A stretch of 64,000 nt of DNA from an uncultured delta proteobacterium (lineage in GTDB: Bacteria > Myxococcota_A > Polyangia > Polyangiales > Polyangiaceae), in contig CAWKKR010000008.1 of assembly GCA_963850305.1 (NCBI GenBank), positions 768,001 through 832,000 of the forward strand, read 5' to 3'. The notes beneath the pieces were generated by a model, which saw only the letters and a list, made by a program, of their open reading frames with translations, ran no database searches and was not told the DNA's origin. Of the stretch, positions 10,460 through 21,149 are shown one piece after another. The stretch's first letter is position 1. Each line of letters opens with the position of its first letter. Position numbers and translations under genes: made by a program.

Positions 10460-11170
10460 ATGGCGACCGATCGACGGAATTTCCGCGACACGAGGGCCCC
10501 CCAGATCCGAGTCAATCACCGCATCCGCGTTCCCGAAGTCCGGGTCGTGTTGGAAGAAGGCGGTGTGATGCTCGGAGTCATGTCGACGCAGCAGGCGCTG
10601 CGCGAAGCCGAACAGCGCGGGCTCGACCTCGTCGAGGTGAACCCCAAAGCCGCGCCGCCAGTCTGCAAGATTCTCGACTTCGGTAAGTTCAAGTACGAGG
10701 AGAAGAAGCGAGCCCGGGACGCGAAGCGAAAGCAGACCGTCGTCGAAGTGAAGGAGCTCAAGCTCCGTCCGAAGACGGACGACCACGACCTCGACGTGAA
10801 GCTCCGCGCGGCGCGCCGCTTCATCGAGGCGGGCAACAAGGTCAAATTCACGGTGCGCTTCCGCGGACGCGAGATCGCGCACCCCCAGCGTGCCCAGATG
10901 CAGCTCGACTGGCTGCGCGCCAAAGCGGACGATCTGGCGACGGTCGAACAACCACCGAGCATGGAGGCCCGTGCCATGAGCTTGATCCTGGCACCGCGGC
11001 CGCAGGTGCTGCAGAAGCTCGCCAGCGATCGTCAGAAGGAGCGGCAGGCGAAGCGCGAGCGCGGCGAGGATCACGACGAGCACGAGGACGAGATCGACGA
11101 GGATATCGACACCGGCGACGACGCGGACGACGACGACGATGACGCGGACGACGGCGCCGCGGAAGGATGA
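10460..11170 (+). CDS. infC: Translation initiation factor IF-3 with acidic C-terminal extension
   Basis: RVNHRIRVPEVRV, GLDLVEV, PPVCKILDFGKFKYE, VKFTVRFRGRE; follows thrS. Confidence 0.97.
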   Translation: MATDRRNFRDTRAPQIRVNHRIRVPEVRVVLEEGGVMLGVMSTQQALREAEQRGLDLVEVNPKAAPPVCKILDFGKFKYEEKKRARDAKRKQTVVEVKELKLRPKTDDHDLDVKLRAARRFIEAGNKVKFTVRFRGREIAHPQRAQMQLDWLRAKADDLATVEQPPSMEARAMSLILAPRPQVLQKLASDRQKERQAKRERGEDHDEHEDEIDEDIDTGDDADDDDDDADDGAAEG

Positions 11171-11201
11171 GCCCGGCCTTACGGCGGCTCTGCCGGGCGG
11201 C

Positions 11202-12630
11202 TCAGTGGAAGAGGCCGCCGAAATAAGCGCCCACGGCACCCGCAGCGGCGACGACGACGACGACGACCGCGATCATCGCTCCCGAGCCTCCGCTCTTTGC
11301 GGGCGGGGCCGGGGTCGGCGGCGGTAGCGGTGCCCGCGATGTGACCGCCGGTGCCGGCGGGGGGACGGCGGAGTCGGCTGAAGAAGAGGACCCGGTCGAG
11401 GAAGGCGGCTCGTCGTCCCCCTCGAGGGCGGCGAGATTGCCGGCTTCGTAAGACGCTCTCGGTAGCGACGGCCGGCTGTCGTCCTTGGCTGGAGCGACGT
11501 CGAGGTCCTTCGCCCAATCTTGCATGTCCTCGAACGAACCGAGGTTGAGCGGCGAAGCCCCGCCTGGCGCCTCCTTCGGCGCGGAGACGGTGCTGCCGTC
11601 ACTGCGCTTCACGGGGGCGTCGAGCGACGTGAATTCGACCATCGCCTCGTCGATGAGCGAGCCGATGATCGAGACCTTGTCGTCCTTCTGTTTCTTGTGC
11701 CGTTCTCCCTCGCGCGCGAGCATCGCTTCGCGCACGAGCGTCGCGATGTCGAACGACGACACGGCGTGCCCGACGCGATAGAGATGTACGTTGAGATCGC
11801 GGCCGAGATCTCGCGCCGACTGGTATCGACGCGCGGACTCGCTTCGCGAGCGCCTTCTGCACGATGCGCTCGAGCTCCGGCGTCACCTCCGGGTTCATCT
11901 GCGAGAGCGCCGGAATCCGCGCCGCTTGAACCTGGCGCACGGTATCGATGTCCGACTCCCCGAGGAACAGCTTCCGCCCGGCGAGCATCTCCCACAGCAT
12001 GATGCCGATGGCGAAGATGTCCGTGCGATGGTCCACGCTTTCGCCCATCGCCGCTTCCGGCGAGAGGTAGCTGAACTTTCCCTTGATGATACCGGGTTCG
12101 CTCCGCTCGAGCTGGCTGTTGGCCTTGGCGAGCCCGAAGTCCGCGATCTTGACCTCGCCGTGCCGCGTGATGAGGACGTTCGGCGGCGACATATCCCGGT
12201 GGACGATCCCGAGCTTCCGGCCTTTCGTGTCGGTGACTTCGTGCGCGTACGCGAGACCTTCGCAGATCTTCAGACAGATCAGGCACGCGGCTTCGAGCGG
12301 CACGCGCTGACCGCGCGATCTCCGATGTTCGATGATGGCTTTGAGGTCGGAGCCATCGACGAACTCCATGACGATGAAGTAGGTGTTGTCGCCCACTCCG
12401 ATGTCGAAGACCTGAACGCAGTTCGAATGCGACAAGTGCGCGCTCGTCCGCGCCTCGTCGAGGAACATGCCGATGAACTGCTTTTTTTCCGCGAGGTGCG
12501 GCAGCACCCGCTTGATCGCGACGATCTTCTTGAACCCCTCGAGCCCCGCGCTCTCGGCGCGATACACCTCGGCCATTCCGCCGGCGGCGATCCGTTCGAT
12601 GATCCGGTAGCGCTGTTGCTGCTGTGCCAT
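11202..12630 (-). CDS. Hanks-type Ser/Thr protein kinase with C-terminal TM anchor, frameshift near 11841
   Basis: IAAGGMAEVY, VAIKR, HRDMSPPNVL, DFGLAK, GKFSYLSPE, DIFAIG; C-terminus continues in ORF 11202-11762. Confidence 0.9.
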
Positions 12631-12797
12631 CCGAGCTGGTGCCGACTCGAGTCAGGGTATGGTTCCGGCCGAGCGCAGGTCAAGGAACGTGCCGACGTCA
12701 TCGAGGCTAGCACGCCCGGCGTCCCGGCTTCCGGAGCGACGGAACGGAAGGCGCCGTCAACCGGTGCAGACCCACGCTCGAAACGAGCGGCCTTTCG

Positions 12798-12870
12798 TGG
12801 AGCCGAGGGGGATCGAACCCCTGACCTCTAGCATGCCATGCTAGCGCTCTCCCAGCTGAGCTACGGCCCC
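12798..12870 (-). tRNA. tRNA-Ala (GGC)
   Basis: Reverse complement GGGGCCGTAGCTCAGCTGGGAGAGCG-CTAGC-ATGGCAT-GCTAG...GGTTCGATCC...CGGCTCCA. Confidence 0.96.
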
Positions 12871-12933
12871 GAACGGGCGCGCGGACCTTAGACGACGGTC
12901 AGGCTCGAAGCAAGCGGGCGGTCCCGGTGGACC

Positions 12934-13929
12934 TCAGTTCGCCGCCGCCTCCAGCAATCGCTCCGCCAGGCGCATGGCCGCGACCATACCCTCGGGATCG
13001 GCCTTGCCCGACCAGGCGATGTCATACGCGGTTCCGTGGTCGACGCTGGTGCGAACGACGCCGAGACCCATGGTGACGTTCACCGCCTCGCCGAACGCGA
13101 CGAGCTTCAGGGGGATCGTCGCCTGGTCGTGGTACATCGCGACGACGCCGTCGTATCGGCCGGCAAACGCCAGGCGATACGCCGTCTCGGCGCCGACCGG
13201 ACAGACGAAGCGCGCCTTTCGTCCGACGATCTTCTGCGCGAGGCGCGCGCCGGGAACGATCGCACGCGACTCTTCCAGACCGAGGAGCTCGCTCTCCCCG
13301 GCGTGCGGGTTGAGCGACGCGATCGCGATGAGCGGCCGTGGCTTGCCGAGCGCGTGAAGAAGAGCGACGAGCTCCACGGCGGCGTCGCGTACACCGGCAG
13401 CAGTCAGCGCCCGAGGGACGCGGCCGAGCGGCAGGTGCGTCGTCACGAGGCTCGTGACGAGTGCGGGCGACGCGAAGCACATGATCGCGTGTTTCGCGCC
13501 GTCGCGATCGCGCAGCCACTCGGTGTGGCCGCGAAAACTCGCCGCTCCCTTCACTCCCGACCGGGCGATCGCCGCCTTGCTCACGGGGCCGCTCACGAGG
13601 GCGGCACCGGGGTTCGCCTTCACGAAACGATACGCCGCGTCCACGTACGCGAGCTGCGCCGCCCCCGCGAGTTTCGACGGCTTCCCGGGACGCCGGTCAC
13701 GGGCACCGAGCACTGGGCCCGCCGGAAGGATCGCTATCGTCGTCCGATCCGGCGGCCTTCGAGCGAGCCGGACGAGACGCTCCTGCGGCACGCGGACGCG
13801 GTCAGCCGCAGCGCGCAACGTCGCCTCGTCCCCGACGAGCACGGTGGTGGTGCCGCGCAGCTTGGCAGCGGCGAGCACGGAAACCTCAGGGCCCACTCCT
13901 GCGGGGCAGCCGGTCGAGACGACGATCAT
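12934..13929 (-). CDS. pdxA: 4-hydroxythreonine-4-phosphate dehydrogenase PdxA
   Basis: GCPAGVGPE, FRGHTEWL, LVTTHLPL, LNPHAGE, AMYHDQA, RTSVDHGTAYDIA. Confidence 0.95.
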   Translation of the reverse strand: MIVVSTGCPAGVGPEVSVLAAAKLRGTTTVLVGDEATLRAAADRVRVPQERLVRLARRPPDRTTIAILPAGPVLGARDRRPGKPSKLAGAAQLAYVDAAYRFVKANPGAALVSGPVSKAAIARSGVKGAASFRGHTEWLRDRDGAKHAIMCFASPALVTSLVTTHLPLGRVPRALTAAGVRDAAVELVALLHALGKPRPLIAIASLNPHAGESELLGLEESRAIVPGARLAQKIVGRKARFVCPVGAETAYRLAFAGRYDGVVAMYHDQATIPLKLVAFGEAVNVTMGLGVVRTSVDHGTAYDIAWSGKADPEGMVAAMRLAERLLEAAAN

Positions 13930-14681
13930 TCTTCTTCGGAGGCCGGCGCGTCCGGCACCCGAAGCTTGTATCCGGACCCTCTGAGGGTGTCGAGCGGGAG
14001 CGCTTCTCCCAGCTTCGCCCGCAGCCGTCGAACGTGGATGTCCACCGTACGGGGCCCGCCGTCGTAACGATTCCCCCACACCCGCGCGAGCAGGTGGTCG
14101 CGAGACAGCACCTTCCCCCGCCGGTCGCACAGGTACGCCAGCAGAGCGAACTCCTTGGCGGTGAGCTGGACGTGACGGCCGTCGACACTCACTTCCTGCG
14201 CGGCCTTGTCGACCATGATGCCGCCGATCTTGTGGCGCTCCTCGGTCGCGAACTCGCTCTTCCGCCACTCGACGGCTCGGATGCGCGCGTAGAGCTCTTC
14301 CGGAACATAAGGATGGAGGACGAAATCATCGAAGCCGCTCGATGGCTCGATGCGCGCCATCTGCCCGACCGTCACGGCGACGATCGCCCCGACGTTGTCG
14401 AACGTGGATTCCTTCCGAACCGCCCGGAGCGCCGCAATCGCGAGGTCCGGACGATCGAGCGCCTCGAACAGCAACGCGCGAGGCCGTGCCTCATCGTCCG
14501 GGTCGTCGTCCGCGAAGAGATTGATCGGATCGTCCCAGAGATCGAGCGTGCGGACGGTCGCCCCCAGCTGCCGCAGCGTCGACGTGGCGCCGTCGTCGCG
14601 CTCGAGGAGCGGACCATGCCCGATGACCGCCACGAACGAGCGGGCGCGAGCAGACTTTTGTTCAGGCGATTTCGGTACCAC
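13926..14681 (-). CDS. OmpR/PhoB-type winged-helix regulator with atypical receiver domain
   Basis: LTAKEFALLAYL...RTVDIHVRRLRAKLG...TLRGSGYK; GTG start at 14681 is inferred. Confidence 0.88.
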   Translation of the reverse strand: MVPKSPEQKSARARSFVAVIGHGPLLERDDGATSTLRQLGATVRTLDLWDDPINLFADDDPDDEARPRALLFEALDRPDLAIAALRAVRKESTFDNVGAIVAVTVGQMARIEPSSGFDDFVLHPYVPEELYARIRAVEWRKSEFATEERHKIGGIMVDKAAQEVSVDGRHVQLTAKEFALLAYLCDRRGKVLSRDHLLARVWGNRYDGGPRTVDIHVRRLRAKLGEALPLDTLRGSGYKLRVPDAPASEEE

Positions 14682-16110
14682 CGATTGTAATTCGCGAGAT
14701 CTTGATGGTTGGACAGCCCACACCTACCGGCACGCTCTGGCCGTCTTTTCCGCACGTCCAGATGCCGTCCGAGACGGCTACATCGGTACCCAGCATGGAT
14801 ACTTCGCGCAATGTTTCTGGACCATTGCCGATGAGATTCACGCCCTTCAAGGGCGCCGTTATTTTTCCATCTTCTATCAGGTAGCTCTCGGTGAGGGAAA
14901 AGACGAAGTCGCCGTTCGAGATATCGACCTGTCCCCCCCCGAAAGTCTTCGCAAAAACGCCCTTCTTCACGCTCCGCACGATTTCCTCGGGGTCGTGCGG
15001 CCCGGCCAGGAGCACCGTGTTGGTCATACGGGGCATCGGGACGCTCGCGAAGGTCTCACGCCGGCCATTGCCGGTCGGCTCGGTCCGGAAGTGTCGCGCC
15101 GAGAGGCGATCGTGCATGTAACCGCGCAGCGTCCCCTCCTCGATGAGCACGTTCTTCCGCGGCTCGGCGCCTTCGTCATCCACGTTGATGGACCCGCGGG
15201 ACTGGAAGAGCGTCGGATCGTCGACCACGGTGCACAGCGCGCTCGCAACGCGCTTGCCGACCTGGCCAGTGTAGTTGCTCGTGCCCTTGCGGTTGAAATC
15301 CGCCTCGAGCCCGTGCCCGACGGCTTCGTGCAGCAGGATGCCGCTGTCACCCGGCGCGAGCACGACCTCCATCTGCCCCGCCGGTGCCTCCCGTGCGTCG
15401 AGCAGCACCAGAGCCTGCCGCACCGCTTCCTTCGCATGCTTCTCGGGCGACGCGGCGTCGAAGTACCCGAGCGTCATGCGTCCGCCGCCGCCGCTCCGTC
15501 CCGACTCGCGCCGCCCGTTCTGTTCCACGATGACGCGCATGCCGAATCGAAACAGAGGTTGAACGTCGTGCGCGAAGCTTCCCGAGCTCGTGGCGACGAG
15601 CACTTCCCGGACTTCCTCGACGAACGACGCTTCTACCTTGTGGACGCGCGAGTCCTCGGCCATCGCCGCGCGGCTGGCCCGTTCGAGCAGCATCCGCTTC
15701 TCGCGACCGTCGACGTCGAGCGTGAGCTTGCCGCGGGCGTAGCGCTCCGGAAGCACCGAGGGCGAGAGACCCACGACGCCACCGGCAGACCCGCCCGCGA
15801 TCCTCGCCGCCGTCTCCGCCGCACGCTTCATGGCGTCCCAGGAAAGATCCTCCACATGAGCGTAACCCGTGGCGTCTCCTCTCTGGACGCGCACGCCGAG
15901 CCCGAGGCCGGTGCCGCGCGACGCGCTCCGGGTGATCCCCTCTTCGAAGGTGAGGCTGCCGCTAGCCCGATATTCGAAGAACAGATCCGCGTAATCCCCC
16001 CCCCGGGAGAGGGCGATTTCGAGCAGCCGGCGGCACGTGTCCTGGTCGATCGCATTCGGGCCCCCAGGGGCGAAAGGCGCGCGGTAGCTCTCGCTGGTCG
16101 TCATGGGCAT
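14662..16110 (-). CDS. tldD: TldD/PmbA family metalloprotease
   Basis: GILLHEAVGHGLEADF, PMPRMTNT, GGQVDISNGDFVF, CGKDGQSVPVGVGCPT. Confidence 0.93.
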   Translation of the reverse strand: MPMTTSESYRAPFAPGGPNAIDQDTCRRLLEIALSRGGDYADLFFEYRASGSLTFEEGITRSASRGTGLGLGVRVQRGDATGYAHVEDLSWDAMKRAAETAARIAGGSAGGVVGLSPSVLPERYARGKLTLDVDGREKRMLLERASRAAMAEDSRVHKVEASFVEEVREVLVATSSGSFAHDVQPLFRFGMRVIVEQNGRRESGRSGGGGRMTLGYFDAASPEKHAKEAVRQALVLLDAREAPAGQMEVVLAPGDSGILLHEAVGHGLEADFNRKGTSNYTGQVGKRVASALCTVVDDPTLFQSRGSINVDDEGAEPRKNVLIEEGTLRGYMHDRLSARHFRTEPTGNGRRETFASVPMPRMTNTVLLAGPHDPEEIVRSVKKGVFAKTFGGGQVDISNGDFVFSLTESYLIEDGKITAPLKGVNLIGNGPETLREVSMLGTDVAVSDGIWTCGKDGQSVPVGVGCPTIKISRITIGGTEIA

Positions 16111-16382
16111 CGGTAGGGAGTGATACCACCACGCAGACCGCCGAGCAGACGCCACTCCGCGATGTATGGCCTGGCGTTCGTTGTCCTTTTCGACCTCGAG
16201 CTGCGGCAGCCGCGGCGTCCTCGTTGTTAGCGAAGCCGCTAGGAGACACACCGTGAACGGGACGATCGCCGAGCTAACGCGCGGCAGCAACCCGCGGCGC
16301 CTGCGCCTTGACCCCTCGCCAAGCCTGGAGGTACGCTTTATGACTTCGGAAAACGCCAGCGATTTCCGAATAGAAGAGTACT

Positions 16383-19080
16383 TTGGCCCTCGATCGCGAG
16401 AAGATACTCCAGGCCGCCCAGAAGCATGTCGACAAGAAGAAGTTCGACAAGGCGATCCAGGAATACCAAAAGATCATCCAGCAGGATCCGACCGACGCAC
16501 GGACTCTGCTGAAGATCGGTGATCTGCAAGCGCGGATGGACGCGTACGCGGAGGCGATCGCCACCTATGACCGTGTCGGCCAGCACTACTCGGCGCAGGG
16601 CTTCGCCCTCAAGGCCATCGCCGTTTACAAGCAGATCCGCGAGCTGATCAAGAAGCACGTCCCTCAACTGGAGGACCGGTACGGGCACATCGTTCCGAAG
16701 CTCGCGACGATCTACACGGAGCTCGGGCTCACCACGGACGCCCTCGCCGCGTACGACGAGGTCGCGACCCGGCTACAGCGGGCCGGACGCGACCGCGACG
16801 CGATCGACGTGTTCCGCAAGATGGTGTCGCTCGACGCCACGAACCCGCTTCCTCATCTCCGCCTCGCGGAAGCCTGCTGCCGAGTTCAGGCGGTCGACGA
16901 AGCCATCGATTCGTTCTGGACGGCCGCCGAGCTGTTGATCCGTCTGAAACGGCGCGACGACGCTCTCAAGGTCGTCGAGCGGATCTTGCACTTTCGCGCG
17001 GAAGCCAAGTACGCGCGCGTCGCGGCTCAACTCTATCTGGAACGCGGCGGGCAACAGGACGGCCTGCAAGCGCTCGCGAAGCTGCAGCTCTGCTTCCAGG
17101 CCGATCCGAAGAACATCGAGGTCCTCGATCTCCTGTCCCGCGCCTTCGTCGCGATCGGACAAGCGCCGAAGGCCCTCGAAGTCAAAAAGGAGATCGCTCG
17201 ACTCGCGCAGGAGCAAGGGCGCGCTGACGTGTTCGATGAGGTGATGGCGTTCCTCCGGAACGCGGCCCCGGACGACGAACAGGTGCTTGCGCTGCTGCGC
17301 GGGCCGATGTCCGTGCGGCCCGGGGCAACCTCCCAGCGCCCCGAAGCCAGCTACGACGACGTCGAGTTGATCGACTCATCCGTACACCCGCAACCGAGCT
17401 CGCGGGCGGCCGTATCGATCGTTCCCGATACGTCGGATTTCGACTTCGACGACGAGCCGGTGTCGCGCGGTGCACTCGCGAGCTCCGTGCGGATAGACGA
17501 CGCGGAGCGGGACGTCCGCGCGGCGCGGCCGTTCATGGCGAGCTCCCCGGATGTCGTCGTCGTGGACGAGGACATCGAGGCCGCCGAGGAAATCGTCGGC
17601 GCGGACTCGGCCGATGCGCACGCACATGCCCGGAAAGCGGTCGTGGATGCCGAGTCGTTCCGCGGCCTCCGCCTCTACAGCAAGGCCATCGAGACCTTGC
17701 ACATCGCGCTCGAGATCGAGCCGCAGTCGCTCGAGATTCGCGAAAAGCTCCGCGACGTCTTGCTCGAAGCGGGCGATCGTGACGGCGCGATCGGCGAGAT
17801 GATTTCGCTCGCCGCGATCCACATCGACCGGGGGGCATTCGGAGACGCCGAGGCCGAGCTCTATCAGGTGCTCGAGGCCGAACCAGGACATCCGACGGCC
17901 TTCGAGATGCTCGAGCAACTCGCGGCGTATCGGTGGCGAGGTCGCGCCGTACACCGACGAGCACAATGACACGACCACCGCAGAAGTCGCCGAGCCGGAG
18001 CTCATCCGCGAGCCTTACGACCCCGAGGCGCCGCTGCCCTCGTACGACTTCGAAGAGATCCCGGCGGCCGCTGCGATTCGCGAAGACCCTGCGCACGGTC
18101 GGCGCGCGCTCGAGCAGGCGGATGATCCGTTCGAGACCATGGCCCGCGAGGCGCCGGCACAGGCGTTCCTGCGCAAGGTCGAGGACCTGGATGATTTCAT
18201 CGAAGAGCCAGAGCCCGCCGCGCCTCCGCCCCGGGCGTCACTCGCGCCGTCGGGCGTGGAAGGCATCGAAGAGGCGCTCGAGGAGGCCGAGTTCTTCACG
18301 CTGCGCGGTCTGGTGGACGACGCGCGTGCGATCCTCGTGGACGCGCTCGCGCGGGCACCGGGGCACCCGCTGCTCGTCGAGCGGCTGCGAGAGCTCGACG
18401 GCAACCCGGACACCGCCCAGAGCGGCACGCACGAACGGACCGACCCCGAGCAGGCGCCTCAGGAAGACCGCGTCTTCGACATCGCCGCGTCGCTCGACGC
18501 TCTCGACGAGCTCGAACAAGCCACCCGATCGTCGCGCCCGCCGACGTCACTGCGTCCCGTCGACGAGGTCGACGTCGACCAGGTCTTCGCGAAGTTCAAG
18601 GAAGGCGTCCGCGCGCAGATCTCCGACTCCGACAGCTCGACGCACTACGATCTGGGCGTCGCTTACAAGGAGATGGGCCTCTTGCCCGACGCCATCAACG
18701 AATTCGGCGTCGCCGCCCGGGATCCGAAGTTCGAGTGCACCTGCTACGCCATGATCGGGATGATTCAGCTGGAGCAGGGCCAGTTCGACGATGCCGCCGA
18801 GTCTTACATTCGTGGCCTCGGGGCGGCGCAGAAGACCATCGATCAGGAGATGAGCCTCTATTACGACGTCGGAAACGTGTACGAGCTGAAGGGGAACAAC
18901 CCCGAGGCCCTCTATTACTTTCAGAAGATCGCGCGCCGCGATCCCGGCTACCGCGACGTCAAGGACCGTGTCGACGCCCTGACCCCCGCCTCGGCGGCAA
19001 AGCCGACCGCCGCCAAGCGTCAGCTCCAGAGCGACGACGAGCTCGAAGCCGCCTTCGACGATCTATTCGAATCCAAGTGA
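16383..19080 (+). CDS. Large tetratricopeptide-repeat protein, frameshift near 17931
   Basis: N-terminal TPRs (KAIQEYQKIIQQDPTD), acidic linker, C-terminal TPRs (THYDLGVAYKEMGLLPDAINEF, DPGYRDV). Confidence 0.85.
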
Positions 19081-19092
19081 ATGTCCGCGTGC

Positions 19093-19655
19093 CTACTGGG
19101 AAAGGGGGCCTTGCCCTTGCCCCCGCGGCTCGCTGCGCGACCGCTCCCCCGCCGCCTTCGGCGGGCTCGTGTTCGCAAGGGGGTCTTGACCCCCGCGGCT
19201 CGCTCCGCGACCGCTCCCCCGCCGCCTTCGGCGCGCTCGTGTTCGCAAGGGGGTCTTGACCCCCGCGGCTCGCTTCGCGACCGCTCCCCCGCCGCCTTCG
19301 GCGCGCTCGTGTTCGCAAGGGGGTCTTGACCCCCGCGGCTCGCTCCGCGACCGCTCCCCCGCCGCCTTCGGCGCGCTCGTGTTCGCAAGGGGGTCTTGAC
19401 CCCCGCGGCTTGCTTCGCAACCGCTCCCCCCGCCGCCTTCGGCGCGCTCGTGTTCGCAAGGGGGTCTTGACCCCCGCGGCTCGCTTCGCGACCGCTCCCC
19501 CGCCGCCTTCGGCGGGCTCGTGTTCGCAAGGGGGTCTTGACCCCCGCGGCTTGCTTCGCAACCGCTCCCCCCGCCGCCTTCGGCGCGCTCGCTGCGCTCG
19601 CGTAGTGCCGCGGCTCTTTGATCCCTCGGGGACGACGCTGCTCGTCGATGCGGAA
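19093..19655. repeat. Structured repeat element 1: leader, 6 full plus 1 partial 70-bp units (19121-19591), trailer and ~50-bp tail
   Basis: Unit CCCCGCGGCTCGCTNCGCGACCGCTCCCCCGCCGCCTTCGGCG[C/G]GCTCGTGTTCGCAAGGGGGTCTTGAC starts at 19121, 19191, 19261, 19331, 19401, 19472, 19542. Confidence 0.97.
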
Positions 19656-19668
19656 CTACTAGGAAGCT

Positions 19669-20901
19669 CTACGCCGCATGAGGTTTGATCTCGACTTCGC
19701 AGCCGAGGTCGGTCAAGCGGCGGACGAGGCGTTTGATGGTCTTGCTCTGGTCGCGGCGGTCGAAGTGATGGGGTCCGAGGTCGCGGTAGGGAGTGCCGTC
19801 GCGGAGCATGTAGAAGGCGGCGGTGAGCATCGATGCGGCGACGGCCAAGATCGCCTTCTTTGCTCCACGGCGGGACTTGAGCCGGAGAAACTGGGCTCGA
19901 AGGTAGCTTTCCTTCGTGCGCACCGCGGCCCAGGCGGATGTGACGAGCGTCGTCTTGAGCCAGTTGGCGCTCTTGCGGACGCGCGTCGAGCGACGCTTGC
20001 CGGCGCTCTCGTCGTTGCGGGGGCAGAGGCCGGCCCAGGACACGAGGTGTCCCGCAGACGGGAAGCGCGACATGTCGACGCCGATCTCCGCCACGATCAC
20101 GTTCGCGACGATGTCACTCACTCCCGGCATCGTCGTCAGGATCTCGGCGTGCGCCCGGATCGGCTCCAGCGCTTTTCCCGCAGCTGCATCGATCTCGGCC
20201 AGGGCCCCTTCGAGCGAGCCGATGACGCCGAGATGCAGCTTCAGCATGGCTCGGTGATGAGGGGTAACCCGCCCGCGCAGCGCTTCGATCAAGTCGGCCC
20301 TCTTCTTGCGCGCGGTACCGACCGCGAGATCGGCAAGGCGCTCGGGGTCATCTTCTCCGGCGATGAGAGCGGCGAGCATCGCCCGGCCGCTGGTCCCGAG
20401 CACGCTGGACAGGACGCTCGCGACCTTGATGTTCGAGTCCTCGAGCGTTTTCTGTATGCGCAGCGTGTGCTGGGCGATTTCTCGCACGAGCTGCGCGCGC
20501 GTTCGAGTGAGATCGCGCAGCTCCTGGATTCGCGCAGGAGGCACGAAACTGCTGCGGATCAGCCCGTGCGCGAGCAGATCGGCGATCCACGTCGCGTCGT
20601 TCACGTCGGTCTTGCGCCCTGGCACGTTGCGAATGTGCTGGGCGTTCGCGAGCACGAGTTCGAAGCTCCCTTCGAGCATGTGCCAGACCGGCTTCCAGTA
20701 CACGCCGGTGGCCTCCATCGCCACGTGGGTCACGCCGTGCTCCTCGAGCCATTCCGCCAGCTCGAAGAGGCTACGTGTGGTCGTGCCGAACGTTCGGACC
20801 TCGCGCCGCGTTGGTTCGCTGACGCAGCGCACGCAGGCAACGACGCTATCCTTGTGGACGTCGAGGCCCGCGCAACGGGGATACATGACTTCCATGACCA
20901 T
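19669..20901 (-). CDS. IS110-family DEDD recombinase/transposase
   Basis: GLDVHK, MEATG, KTDVNDA (DEDD), SWAGLCPRNDESAGK (conserved Ser of the Tnp domain). Confidence 0.97.
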   Translation of the reverse strand: MVMEVMYPRCAGLDVHKDSVVACVRCVSEPTRREVRTFGTTTRSLFELAEWLEEHGVTHVAMEATGVYWKPVWHMLEGSFELVLANAQHIRNVPGRKTDVNDATWIADLLAHGLIRSSFVPPARIQELRDLTRTRAQLVREIAQHTLRIQKTLEDSNIKVASVLSSVLGTSGRAMLAALIAGEDDPERLADLAVGTARKKRADLIEALRGRVTPHHRAMLKLHLGVIGSLEGALAEIDAAAGKALEPIRAHAEILTTMPGVSDIVANVIVAEIGVDMSRFPSAGHLVSWAGLCPRNDESAGKRRSTRVRKSANWLKTTLVTSAWAAVRTKESYLRAQFLRLKSRRGAKKAILAVAASMLTAAFYMLRDGTPYRDLGPHHFDRRDQSKTIKRLVRRLTDLGCEVEIKPHAA

Positions 20902-20904
20902 CTC

Positions 20905-21149
20905 CTCCTTTCGGCGCGTCGAGAGGAGCCCTCGTCATCGAAGTCTACTAGGCGTGCTCCCGGATCTTTCGACCCGCGGTCACAATTCGGGGTGCTCGCA
21001 GGGCTCCGGGTCCATCTACTGAACGGGTTCTTGGCACCAAGTCACGGCCGACCTCGTTCCCGACGCCGCGGCAGGATACACTCGACTCCACCGTCCACGC
21101 GACGACCCGAGCTTCATGCTTCGGGGACGGCGCTCTCGCCGATGGGCAT
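20905..21149 (-). ncRNA. Putative IS110 bridge RNA (boundaries approximate)
   Basis: Non-coding left end containing CTACTGA (21016-21022, matches target junction) and TCTACTAGG (20944-20952, matches donor junction). Confidence 0.75.

Noticed and set aside
19121..19591. CRISPR array interpretation of the 70-bp repeats (also 29534-29932 and 62226-62484)
   Set aside because: Units are head-to-tail and nearly identical with no unique spacers, and there are no cas genes in the window
19669..19672. Placing the IS110 right end at the transposase stop codon (CTAC duplicated with 21150)
   Set aside because: The 9-nt donor-guide match TCTACTAGG and the right target guide fit the boundary at 19656 instead
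18959..19688. Repetitive ORFs across the arrays (e.g. EGGGGAVAERAAGVKTPLR), also near 29321-31026 and 62120-62506
   Set aside because: A 70-bp period is not a multiple of 3, so the peptide cycles through frames; these are by-products of stop-poor repeats
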